Positions 11,090 to 23,035 are shown, numbered from the stretch's first letter. The stretch: DNA of 64,000 bases from Geosiphon pyriformis uo1 (GCA_016748015.1 JAAOMT010000515.1:62001-126000), one strand, 5' to 3'. Numbers and translations: made by a program. The notes: generated by a model from the letters alone, not told the origin.

Positions 11090-12693
11090 CTGTCTTCATT
11101 GAAATCGCCACCGAAAACAACGAAGGAAGATTCATTAACAGCTTTCGCAATGAGAGAGTTGACTTCACCAGCCTGAGAGAACCGAACTACTGAGGAAGCA
11201 CCAGCATACAGACCCAGAATAGACACTGAAAGTTTATTTTTGAAAAGTAACTTAATAGACAAGAGCCAACCAGGCACCTTTGACACTTTGCACACATGTC
11301 TTGCCAAAGAAAAATTCATGACGATTGCAACCCCAGAACCCATGTGACCAGAAACCAAACCAGAAGTAAAAACCCGAACACCTACAAACTTGTTCATAAT
11401 TCAAGAGCAAATCCCATCCTTCAACTTAGTCTTAGTAACAATTGAAATCATATTGTTCATTTCTTTATGCCAACGAATAACATCCTCCTGTTTCGCAGGA
11501 TTGTTCATTCCTCTAATATTGCACGTGGCAATTTTCCAAATATAATTGGTCATTGAGATGAGAAGAGGATCAGAGAACCCGAACCAGCACACAACTGCTC
11601 CAACTTCGCCAAAATCGAACCAATAAAGGCATCGAGAGCAACCAACTTCGATTCTAAAACACCAACTTTAAAAGTCAGCACCTTGGAACTGCTATGACCC
11701 AATTGAAAACTATCATTGCTAGAAGGGAAAGAAATGGGTTAAGCCAAAGGTATGTTTAATACCATGTTGAAATCCAAGTCAGAGTTAGCCACCATAAAAG
11801 AACCAGAGACAGACAGTTGAGGAGTATTCACTGAAGGAATCATATTAGAAGGAGGAGCTAAAGGCACCAAACTAAGATTGTTAAAACGAAGAAGAATGTT
11901 CAAAATTCGATCAGATAAAAGCTCTACAGAGCATTCCAGACGTGCCAAACACACACCCAAAGGGGCATCAACCATAGAGAGAAGAGGAGGGGTACCACCA
12001 GAACTCGAAGCACCAACAAATAGAAAACCAGAACCAGAGTCATCAAGAAGACCACGAGAGACCGAAGCAACTGAGACTACTTGGGCCCAGGATTTGCCTC
12101 CAAAAGCAACAGGACGAGAGATCGGAACCTTTTTTTTAGCATATAATTTGGCCAACTGGAGACAAGTATCCAAGTTAGCAGGCTTTTTAAATGACTTGGG
12201 TGACTGAGAAACTGATGTAACCTCAGCATCACATTCCAGGGCAGAATGACCAAACTTCCCACACCATTCACAGCGAATCAAATCCAATCTAGCCCATGAG
12301 AGTTTCACTCCACCAAAGATCGGCTCCATGTGAAAAGCTGATTCCATAGCTTCATCAGATTCAAAACATACCACAGCACAGTGTGTTCTGTTGCCAGTTT
12401 CCAATGAACAATTGATGACACAAGTTTTCCTACCGGCCCCTTCCAATAGATTTCCAAGATCATGAGCTGTCATTCCCACCAGCAAAGTAAACAGAAGCGC
12501 CCTGAATTGATCCCTAAAAGCCCATGTCTCATGATCTCCCACAGCTTTGGCCACACGCACAGAATCTTTCCCAATTAGGAAAGACCATTTTGACGCCAAC
12601 AGATCAATTTGGCTAGATTTGGCAAACTCCACCACAGCCTTCTGCCACAGCCCAATTAACTGAACTTTGATAGACACAATCTGACCATACTCG
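11090..12693 (-). mobile_element. LINE A 5' part: 5'-truncated ORF1 with CCHC knuckle and start of ORF2 (APE endonuclease)
   Basis: ORF1 CEWCGKFGHSALEC; ORF2 MTNYIWKIATCNIRG...GVAI...GLYA...GGDFN; ORF1 stop overlaps ORF2 start as ATGA at 11550-11553. Confidence 0.9.
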
Positions 12694-13210
12694 GGTATTT
12701 ATTTAATTAATTTTATTAAAAAAATTTATTAATAATTTATATTTAAAATAAAATTAGAAAACTATTAGTTAAAAGTATTTAATTTTTTTATTAACTTATT
12801 TATTTGTTTTATAAAATTAATAAACTGTATTTTAAATTAATAAACAATAATTTTATACAAAGTTTTTTATTATATAATATTAAAAAACTAAAAAAATCAT
12901 AAATAATTATATTTATTAACAAAAAATAATATAGATTTCTTAATAATATTATTATAATTAGCAAAATTTTTTGTTATAAACCAATAGATTTTAATTTAAT
13001 TTACAATTTATATATGTATTTATGTATTTTAAATTAGTATTTATTATAATATTTATATTTATTAACAAATTTTTTTGTTTTACTTAAACTTAATTTTAAA
13101 TATAAATATAGATTAAATAATTTTTTTAAATTTTAAAAAAATAAAAACTTTACAAATTTATCTATTTAATAACAAATTTTTTTTNNNNNNNNNNNNNNNN
13201 NNNNGCATTC

Positions 13211-13244
<34 letters not shown>

Positions 13245-13435
13245 AAACATAATTTTTTTTTATAAAAACTAAAATAAAAGATTTTATTTTTTTATGTTTT
13301 TAATATTTAATTCTTTATTAATACTATTATAAAACTGTCAACTTTATTATTTTAAAACACATAATTAAAGTTTTTGTTATATTTATGTTTAATATACCAA
13401 TAGAAAAATTCAATTTTTAATTTTTTAATATTAAG
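12694..13435. repeat. Extremely AT-rich segment; from ~12870 near-identical to ~52950-53567
   Basis: Almost no G/C; shared strings such as taaaaaactaaaaaaatcataaataattat and ccaatagaaaaattcaatttttaa. Confidence 0.75.
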
Positions 13436-13644
13436 NNNNNNNNNNNNNNNNNNNNNNNNNNNNNNNNNNNNNNNNNNNNNNNNNNNNNNNNNNNNNNNNN
13501 NNNNNNNNNNNNNNNNNNNNNNNNNNNNNNNNNNNNNNNNNNNNNNNNNNNNNNNNNNNNNNNNNNNNNNNNNNNNNNNNNNNNNNNNNNNNNNNNNNNN
13601 NNNNNNNNNNNNNNNNNNNNNNNNNNNNNNNNNNNNNNNNNNNN

Positions 13645-14000
13645 TCACGTGTTGGATCTGACCACTTAGGAGCCACTGCAAATGTTGTGTCTGCTTGTAA
13701 TGATGCACCATCAGCTAGTATGTTGGTTTACACTGACATACGAAAGTCCTCGTTTGCCTGCTGATGGGCATACTGAACGTCCGTATGGATATTTGTCGTC
13801 CTATTTGCCACAGACCACTATCACGTGTTGGATCTGACCACTTAGGAGCCACTGCAAATGTTGCGTCTGCTTGTAATGATGCACCATCAGCTAGTATGTT
13901 GGTTTACACTGACATACGAAAGTCCTCGTTTGCCTGCTGATGGGCATACTGAACGTCCGTATGGATATTTGTCGTCCTATTTGCCACAGACCACTATCAC
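13645..14000. repeat. Tandem array of 176-bp unit upstream of nuclease exon 1 (>=2 units, gap-flanked)
   Basis: CTGATGGG at 13761 and 13937 (period 176). Confidence 0.9.
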
Positions 14001-14506
14001 NNNNNNNNNNNNNNNNNNNNNNNNNNNNNNNNNNNNNNNNNNNNNNNNNNNNNNNNNNNNNNNNNNNNNNNNNNNNNNNNNNNNNNNNNNNNNNNNNNNN
14101 NNNNNNNNNNNNNNNNNNNNNNNNNNNNNNNNNNNNNNNNNNNNNNNNNNNNNNNNNNNNNNNNNNNNNNNNNNNNNNNNNNNNNNNNNNNNNNNNNNNN
14201 NNNNNNNNNNNNNNNNNNNNNNNNNNNNNNNNNNNNNNNNNNNNNNNNNNNNNNNNNNNNNNNNNNNNNNNNNNNNNNNNNNNNNNNNNNNNNNNNNNNN
14301 NNNNNNNNNNNNNNNNNNNNNNNNNNNNNNNNNNNNNNNNNNNNNNNNNNNNNNNNNNNNNNNNNNNNNNNNNNNNNNNNNNNNNNNNNNNNNNNNNNNN
14401 NNNNNNNNNNNNNNNNNNNNNNNNNNNNNNNNNNNNNNNNNNNNNNNNNNNNNNNNNNNNNNNNNNNNNNNNNNNNNNNNNNNNTTACTTCACCTTGTTC
14501 ACTCAA

Positions 14507-17500
14507 ATGGCAGAGTATTGGACGAAAGTTGAAAAACCATCACTACTCACGTACCTCACGTACCTGAAAGAGCATCAAGTATCAACTAAAACCCTACGGA
14601 AGAGAAGATCTTACAATCAATATGTTACCGAGATAAACACAATATTGCAGTTTGAAAAAAACAAGAGTCGTCTGAAAATAGCAACAAGAGCGCTAAAAAA
14701 ATTTATGGAAAGTCTGGTTTTTTAGAAGGCGGCATTTCTCGTCCGACCACTTAAGAGCTATGGCAAATGTTACGTCTGCTTGTAATGGTGCACCATCAGC
14801 TAGTATGCTGGTTTACACTGACATACGAAAGTCCTCGTTTGACTCCTGATGGGCATACTGAACGTCCGTATGGATATTTGTCGTCCTATTTGCCACAGAC
14901 CACTATCACGTGTTGAATCTGACCACTTAGGAGCTACTGCAAATATTGCGTCTGCTTGTAATGATGCACCATCAGCTAGTATGCTGGTTTACACTGACAT
15001 ACGAAAGTCCTCGTTTGACTCCTGATGGGCATACTGAACGTCCGTATGGATATTTGTCGTCCTATTTGCCACAGACCACTATCACGTGTTGGATCTGACC
15101 ACTTAGGAGCTACTGCAAATGTTGCGTCTGCTTGTAATGATGCACCATCAGCTAGTATGCTGGTTTACACTGACATACGAAAGTCCTCGTTTGGCTCCTG
15201 ATGGGCATACTGAACGTCCGTATGGATATTTGTCGTCCTATTTGCCACAGACCACTATCACGTGTTGGATCTGACCACTTAGGAGCCACGGCAAATGTTG
15301 TGTCTGCTTGTAATGATGCACCATCAGCTAGTATGCTGGTTTACACTGACATACGAAAGTCCTCGTTTGACTCCTGATGGGCATACTGAACGTCCGTATG
15401 GATATTTGTCGTCCTATTTGCCACAGACCACTATCACNNNNNNNNNNNNNNNNNNNNCTGATGGGCATACTGAACGTCCGTATGGATATTTGTCGTCCTA
15501 TTTGCCACAGACCACTATCACGTGTTGGATCTGACCACTTAGGAGCCACGGCAAATGTTGTGTCTGCTTGTAATGATGCACCATCAGCTAGTATGCTGGT
15601 CTACACTGACATACGAAAGTCCTCGTTTGCCTGCTGATGGGCATACTGAACGTCCGTATGGATATTTGTCGTCCTATTTGCCACAGACCACTATCACGTG
15701 TTGGATCTGACCACTTAGGATATCACGGCTAATGGGGACATTATTTGATCCTTCTTTTGACCCTTCTTTTGACCCTTCTTTTTTTGAATCACATTATCTT
15801 ATGCTTTTTTTATTTTGATTTAGGTTGAGAAAAAATCAAATGAGGTTAAGGCGTTCTGGGTAGGTTGATGATTTATAGTTTTCAATTTAACCATTTCAAA
15901 AAATTGAAAAACTGTTATTAAATAGCTTAGATATCCAAAAAATAAATCAATCTCTTTGAACGGCAAGACAGAAGAATCTTCTATTTCATTAGTTGAAACT
16001 AAAGTATTAAATCAGGAAAGACAAGATGATGGGGATATTGGTTTTGATAAACGAAGCTGTGTGAATAAGGTATTTTTTTGCTGCAAAGCCTACAACATGA
16101 ATTTTTTCTCACATTTCGAATATATATAAAGATAAGGACCAGCATTGGGACAGAGACCCCGAATAGCTCATCAGCTAATTCTTCGTATGTTCTACCCTCT
16201 CCATCCTCTTTCGATTCCTTGGAAGTGTTGATTGATAAAAGCAATAAGTATTATTTGAATTATTTCACTGGTCCTGGTATAACCGATTGGGTTCTGAAAA
16301 AAGCTTCAATTCGAGTAAGTGTTTTTAATGCATTAAGTATTACATAATATATCAATTGATTTTATATATTATTTCTTTTTTTCCAAATAGTGGATTGTAT
16401 GTGACGTTGATATCTCCGAAATATGTCTGGAGTACCGTGCCACTACTATTCAAAAGTGTGAATGTGAATCCACGATGGTTACTCTCAGTGCCAATGAAGA
16501 ATTGTTGGTATCATATTCCAATATTGATAATGAAAACAGCACTAGAATATATGATGATTATTTCTTACTCTCTTTTTATAGGGCTCTAAGCCATGTATTC
16601 GTTTTTCAAGAAGACAATTACGAATTTCAAGAGTATTTTGATGATGAAGTGTGGGAAAGCCTTTTTATTGAGTTTCGAAATCTGTATCCATATGAACCAA
16701 TCTCGAACGAAGTTTGTGAGTTGTTCGTGAAAGTTGTTAAGGTAATACATATATTATTTACTGTGTTAATTGTTATTGATGTTAATTTTGACCAGGTTTG
16801 TCTTTCATATTTTAGACTGCATCTGAGAAACCTAATCAACGAGAACGTCGAGCAATTTTAACACATTACTTGGAAGATTTCGAGAACACCGACAATGAGG
16901 ATGAAATGATGGTAGAGCTTATCAGGAACTTGTATGTTTCATAAAGGTTGCTAATTTGTGTTTTGTTTTGTTTCAATGAATTTATCCTTACTTGGGTATT
17001 ACATGTTATTTAGAATTGAAAATGAATCGTCTTCATTTACGAAAAATTATCACAATGAGGACACTCATATTCATTACAATGTTGCTCCAATAATACGACC
17101 TTTTTTTAAGAGCAAAAAGACTGTTGTTGATTGGGCAAACAAAATGTCTGTATCATCAGCATTGGCTAAAAAATCCTTTGATCCAAGCCTTTTAGGCGCC
17201 AAGCCAGATTTTACTATCAAGACAATAAATACTAGAAAATATATTGAATTGCTTATTGGAGAGGTAAAACCACCTAACACCAGGGATGTATTAATCGATA
17301 AAGATTTGATCTCTCTTGGAAAAACAATGAAGAATGCTTTGGATAAATCCATTGAGGATGGCGTGAATGATATGATTATTTGTGGGTTTCAAATAATTGG
17401 TAAGTAGCATCCTTTTTGGAAATAAAAAAATGATATTGTTTTCCTTCTACATTAATTATTTCATTTTATATTCCTAGGATTCTTGGGAAGAGCCTATGTA

Positions 17501-17844
17501 ATGGATCTCTTGTTTGATGGGGTTTATCGTATGCTAATGATTGGAGAGTTTAGGCTCCCAGAAGGTTATACTTCGTGGGGCACCATTTTAGGGTGCTATC
17601 AAATTCTGAACACAATTAAGGTAAGTATGATTAATTACGTAGATATTATCTGTACATTATAATTAATCGTGATGTATTTGTTCAGGTTATTGTTGATAAG
17701 GGAGCTGTTCATTATCAGTCTGCCATAAGAAAGAATGTCAACCAGACAAAATCTGAGAAGATAAAAATGATCAAGCCGATGTTTCATAGTCCGATGAAGG
17801 TACCAATTGGTAAAAACCCTGACGATCGCAAGTATAAAAAATAG
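14507..17844 (+). CDS. 10-exon gene, ~546 aa, C-terminal PD-(D/E)xK nuclease fold (Crinkler/CR-REase-like). Exons 14507-14707, 15824-15859, 15926-16069, 16132-16314, 16391-16503, 16582-16741, 16816-16931, 17014-17399, 17478-17620, 17686-17844
   Basis: Manually spliced frame is open end to end. Introns 2-9 are GT-AG; intron 1 starts GAAAGT. Motifs NEDTHI..IIRPFF, KPDF, IGEVKPP, DLISLGKTMK, GFQIIG, YVMDL..DGVYRM, FRLP. Confidence 0.8.
14745..15734. repeat. Intronic tandem array of 176-bp unit (>=5 units; 20-N gap)
   Basis: GAAAGTCCTCG at 14827, 15003, 15179, 15355 (period 176) and 15615. Confidence 0.95.
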
Positions 17845-18652
17845 ACCTTTATTCTATGCAATGTATCTAATATGGACTTAATCTTAGCTTTTTATTAAAA
17901 GCATTGTAAAAAATTTGTACGCTCATATTAGAAAAATAATATTTCATTTAATATGAATAAAGCTAGTGTAATATTTGAACTACAAAAATATTTTCTTAAT
18001 TATAATTAAATTGATTTTTTTATGTTATCATCCAAACGCAAAGGGATGGGAAAGTTCAATTCAATTTAGGTATGATCTTGCATGGCGAATGTAAATTCAG
18101 CGTCCTTCTGGCTTCAAAAAGCGGCTGGAAAGCTTATTTAGAAGCTGAAATGTTTTTAGTGAGTATTGAACGGTACATAAAGAACAATAATAAATATCAA
18201 GCTATAAGACTACTTGGGATGAAGCGTATGACCATTTTTGAGCCCCGGGAATGAATGCAATTTTTTTTAAGCTTTTCAAAGCATATATTTTGAGATTTCC
18301 AATTTTCATAAAATTATAAATTGAATAAAGTGGAAGAATCCCCGATGAACTTTTTCAATTTGTCTTAAGCAATTTTATATAAATGTTATATAGAACAAAA
18401 TTGTTTATTAATATTATAATCATATTTCAAACGAAATAAAATTTAGGATTTAAAATTCCTTTAAAAGAAATCCTATATAATGTGCTTTCCTGCCACAATA
18501 TAATTGTTGCTTGAACTCTAGCCTAAATCAAAAGAGGAGAGTGCGACTAAAAATGAATCATCTTTTTTATAAACTTCTCGGAAATTATAGAATATCGAAG
18601 CAACAGTTCTTTGTATATGCTATGTAAATCTTCAGAATAAGTAAAATAATAA

Positions 18653-19353
18653 GGGGACGAACATATATCACGTCATTATTGATTACTATAGGACCATCCC
18701 TCCATAATAATGTTATCTCACATTATAATAATATGCTATGCATGATGCACAATTATAAATACATGCACTATAAATATATGGCATGATCAAAATTATTATA
18801 AAAATATACTAGCCTAAGCATCTCAACTTATCGCATTGTCCTATTTATATAAAAATGGCCACGAATTTGTGTCTAATCTAATGTGTCTTTTATCTCCTGA
18901 TCTAGCGCGTCTTTTATTTCCTGATCTAGTGCATCTTTTATTTCCTGATCTATCGCATTTTTAATATTGTATTTTTGATTTCATTTATTGCTAAACTTTC
19001 CTAATATGCAAGTTTTCCTAACTATATCACAATACAACAAGTTTTATATTTATAAAACTCCTACAAATCAACACCAGAGATTTTGCAATGCATTTGGATA
19101 TAATCGTATGGTAAACACAGGAAATCCAGCATACTAAAAGTTCAATTTATGTATCATAAATTAGACTGCATTTCTATATTTTAATTGGCTAATAAATCAT
19201 GTGCCATTTAAAGTCGTAAGATTTTGACATTTCTATATTCTAATTAGCTAATAAAAATCCAAAATCACATACCATATAAAATCATGTGAAACATGAGATT
19301 TTGAATCCCCCCCCTCCCCCCCTTTTATAATGACGTGATATATGTTCGTCCCC
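18653..19353. mobile_element. Non-autonomous DNA transposon (MITE) with ~27-bp TIRs and TWA flanks (Zator- or PIF/Harbinger-like)
   Basis: GGGGACGAACATATATCACGTCATTAT ... ATAATGACGTGATATATGTTCGTCCCC; flanks TAA/TTA; subterminal C-tract; internal 24-bp x3 repeat (~18885-18960); absent from the paralogous site at 57940. Confidence 0.85.
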
Positions 19354-21558
19354 TTATTTAAAATATTAAAATATTCTTTAATTTTTAATTATTTAATATT
19401 AAATCTATTTTTTTAACTAAATTATAAATATAATTCTTTTTTATTTAATTTTATTGTAAAAATCAGATTTAAACAAGTTAAATTCTATATTATAATATTT
19501 AATAATATCTAATTATTGATATTAATATTAATATTACTTATAATTAAAACATATTTTATAACAAATATAATTGTTTACAACTTAACAAAATAAATATAAT
19601 ATTATTAATATATTTTTAATAATATTTAATAAACTTAATTTTTTAACAGAATTATTAATAAATATCACAATTTTATTTAAATATTTATTAAATCTAAATT
19701 CAAATATTTATTAAAATTAATATTTTGTTTAATGTTATTTTTATTAAAATTATTACTTAAAATTACAAATAAACTATTATTTATTGTTTTAACTATTATA
19801 GTATTAATATTACTAATTTGTTTTAATTCAATTATAGAAAAAATATTTGTGTAAAAATCCAAAATAATAATTAAAACTTATTTTTAAACAGTAAATAAAT
19901 TAATAAAAGCTAATTAAATACTTTAAAAACTTTAAAAATATGTTTTATTAAATTATTATTCAAAATAATTGCAATTTTATTATTATTATTATTATTATTT
20001 AAACAAGTATAATCCAGTTATTATCAAGTATATAAAATTAAATTAAATAATTCCAATTAAATACAACTTATGTATCTATTATATGTAATCAGCTACTAAA
20101 GCCAATTTAGGTAACACTACATACTTATATGCACAATTAAACTATTATTAATATCTAAAAAAAAAACATAAAACAAATATTTACCAAAACTAATTACCAT
20201 TAATTCAATAATACTTAGCATATAAACTATTTTATTCAACAAATTCATATATAATCTATTAATTACTGTAAATACTATATTATCATTACTTACTAACTTA
20301 AATTTCTTTGTTTTAGATTTGTGCCTAGTCTTAATTAACTATATTTTTTGGTAATAAAAATTAACCAATCAGTAAAAAAACCCATCAGTATAAAACTTAC
20401 TTTTTTATTATTATTATATATTGCCAAAGCATCTTTGAACCAATTTTTTATAACAAAGTTTTTGCAAAGTACCATGTACAAAGTGATATTAAAAAGACAA
20501 AAAAAGAGAGTCTACAACACAAAAAAAGACTCAAACAATTTACTACTAATTAAAAATAACTAATACTTAATATAATTTAATATCAAATTCCTTTACTGAT
20601 TCATATTCTTTAAGTATATAAATAAATAATCTGAAAATTTCATATTTTTATAGAATAAACAAAAAACATCTAAATATGATTTATTATACAATTTCTTACA
20701 AACAGCAACTAAAAGTCTTTTATAAATAGTCTTTATTATATAAATTTTAAAATAGACTGTGGTTCTACTAATAAAATCAGTAAACATATAAAAGTTAAAA
20801 TGCCAAATCAAAGTGGTTCTGATCCAATTAACATCAAAAACAAAAAAATTAGTAATAATTTTGGCACCAAAACTCACTTTTTAGTATATATTAGAAATTG
20901 TTATATAAATATTCCAAATAAAGTAATATGTATTATCAAATACAGTTATATTATTAGTTACCAAGAATTGTTCTAAAATTTCAATAAGAAAAAACAAAAA
21001 GGAGTAAATAACAGTTTTAATTAACTTATTTGTTTAATTATTTTCAAAAATATCTAAATAATTCTTAATTTTAAACCAAACCATTTTTAAATTCTTGTTT
21101 TTACTAAATTGACAACATAATATTTTTCTATTCAATATTAATTGTAAAAGTCTGGTCCAAAAGAATTAAATTCCAAAGTATATGTGTTAATAGCTAACTA
21201 ATTATTAAGATATAAAATCACTATGCTAAAAAAAGACACATATTTTAAAGCCAAAGCAACAGTCTACAGCTTAGTTATAATAGAAAACAACATTTCAGAA
21301 ACTTTAATACTTATGTTTACATTTATATTTAAGAAATATACAGCTGTTTCTCCAATTATTTTTAATAAGCCTAAATCTTTAAGCAAACTATATATGTACA
21401 TATTAAAAACATCAGCCCAAATCTCATATAACAAATCCTTAATTAAACCAAAATTATCTAAATTCAAAATATTATAAAACACTAAGCCCAAAACATTTAT
21501 TCTACTCTTAATAACAGATTTAAATTTATCTAAAAAACTAGTTACAACAATAAACCAT

Positions 21559-22504
21559 TGTTATTGAAGGTTTTTGGTCTCTTTTCTTGAATATTGTTAA
21601 TGTTTATTTGCTATTAATTCACATTTTTTGGAAGCTAGTAAATCTTCAATAACTAAATTTATTTTCAAATTATTTCTTATAATTTGAATTGCTGAACTTT
21701 CAAGTAGAATAACCAATTCTATGCCAATTATTTAATATAGTTATATTGTAATAAACATCAACTTTTTTTCAAGAATTGCATATCTAAAAGCTTACTTAAA
21801 ATGTATAGTTATTTTACTGTAAAAGTCAACTCTTTTACAGAAATTTTGTTTATAAGCTACTTTAATAATTATAATAAAAAAATAAAAAAAATGTAAAGAA
21901 AATCAAATTTTGTTAAGAAAATCGTTTTTTAGTTTAAGTCTAAAGTTATTAACAGATTACTGAAATTGATAGTTAATCAATTTCAAAACATTTAGTTGGA
22001 TTTTGGAGAAATTTTAAGTGTAAATAATTAAGAAATTTGGTTTTTAAGTATTTAATGTTTTTATTACTTTTTGTAAAGCTAATTAATGTAAATTAAGGTA
22101 ATTTTGAGTAAAATAGAATAATAAATATATTTTTTAAAGAGAAAAGCTTTTCTTTTATACAACTTGTTTTAATACTAGTCTATGAAATTAAACTTTTTTC
22201 TTTTCTATAATGTTGATAAACTAAAGATATATTTTGATAAACTACAAGTTATTTCAATAAACTATTAACTATTTTGGTGAATTATCTATTATTTTTACAA
22301 ATTTTTACAAATTTCAGTGAATTTTTGAATGTTATATAGTTTGAGATATTATGTAATTTAATTATCTTAATTTCTATTATATAAATTGATTTATTAATTA
22401 AATAATAAGTGATAATTTAAAATAATATTAATATATGCTAATTAATAATAAGAATTATAAAGTTAATTTTATGTTAATTAATAGCTAAAATTTTATTAGT
22501 AACA
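21559..22504 (-). mobile_element. Solo LTR, family A (older, eroded)
   Basis: Colinear with 1169-2141; TSD CCAT/CTAT; the LINE resumes across it. Confidence 0.9.
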
Positions 22505-23035
22505 CTATAATAAAACAATATTTTTTGGATCCAGTTTTTTCTATTAATAAAATGTTTTTTAAAACATTAAAACACCATGTTTATTTAAAAGTTTATTACC
22601 AAAAATAATCTTAAATTATTTTAAAAAAACTACTATCTTATAATAAACTGTTTTTACCAAGATATTAGATATTAAAAATCTGTTTGAACTGTAAAATACT
22701 TGCAGTAAGTTGTTTTTTAATGAAATTTTATTATTTAAAAAGACTTTTACTATTTTAGCAAAAAATTGTTCACAAAATTGACTTTTAACTTAACAGAATA
22801 TTGCAAAAAATTGGCTAAAATCCAGTTTAAAATCTGCAGATTCAAAAAACAATAATCAAAAAATAATTAAGAATACCTTTAAAATTAACAAACAAAACAA
22901 TTAAAGCCACTTTATCTTTAGTTTACAACTGTTTAAAAAATTTCAAGCCATACAGTAATAGATAATGCAAAGCTTTATTGGTAAAATTTTTAGACAATCC
23001 AGTTTTCAATTTTAAACTCTTTTTAATTAAAACAT

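Noticed and set aside
14790-14860. Canonical hammerhead or HDV ribozyme in the unit
   Set aside because: CTGATGG is not CUGANGA and is not positioned before stem II; the HDV P2/P3 pairings around TCCTCG cannot be completed.
14870-14960. U1 snRNA, box C/D snoRNA or tRNA-SINE identity of the unit (ATCACG loop, CAAATGT, CTGA boxes)
   Set aside because: Only short scattered matches; no intact U1 5' end, box C or B-box. An Rfam search would settle it.
13352-15637. ORFs called over the arrays and N gaps (also 42601-43408, 47126-47550, 53581-56864)
   Set aside because: They are inflated by runs of N, and the unit lengths 176 and 164 are not multiples of 3.
14745-15734. CRISPR-like repeat-spacer array next to a nuclease
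   Set aside because: Units are near-identical along their whole length, with no unique spacers and no cas genes.
18072-18254. 60-72 aa ORF present in both duplicates (also 57327-57545)
   Set aside because: Conservation is explained by the recent duplication; no recognisable motif.
19359-19990. Organellar insertion or centromeric DNA in the near-pure AT tract
   Set aside because: No organellar gene or RNA motifs; end-stage TE erosion is simpler.
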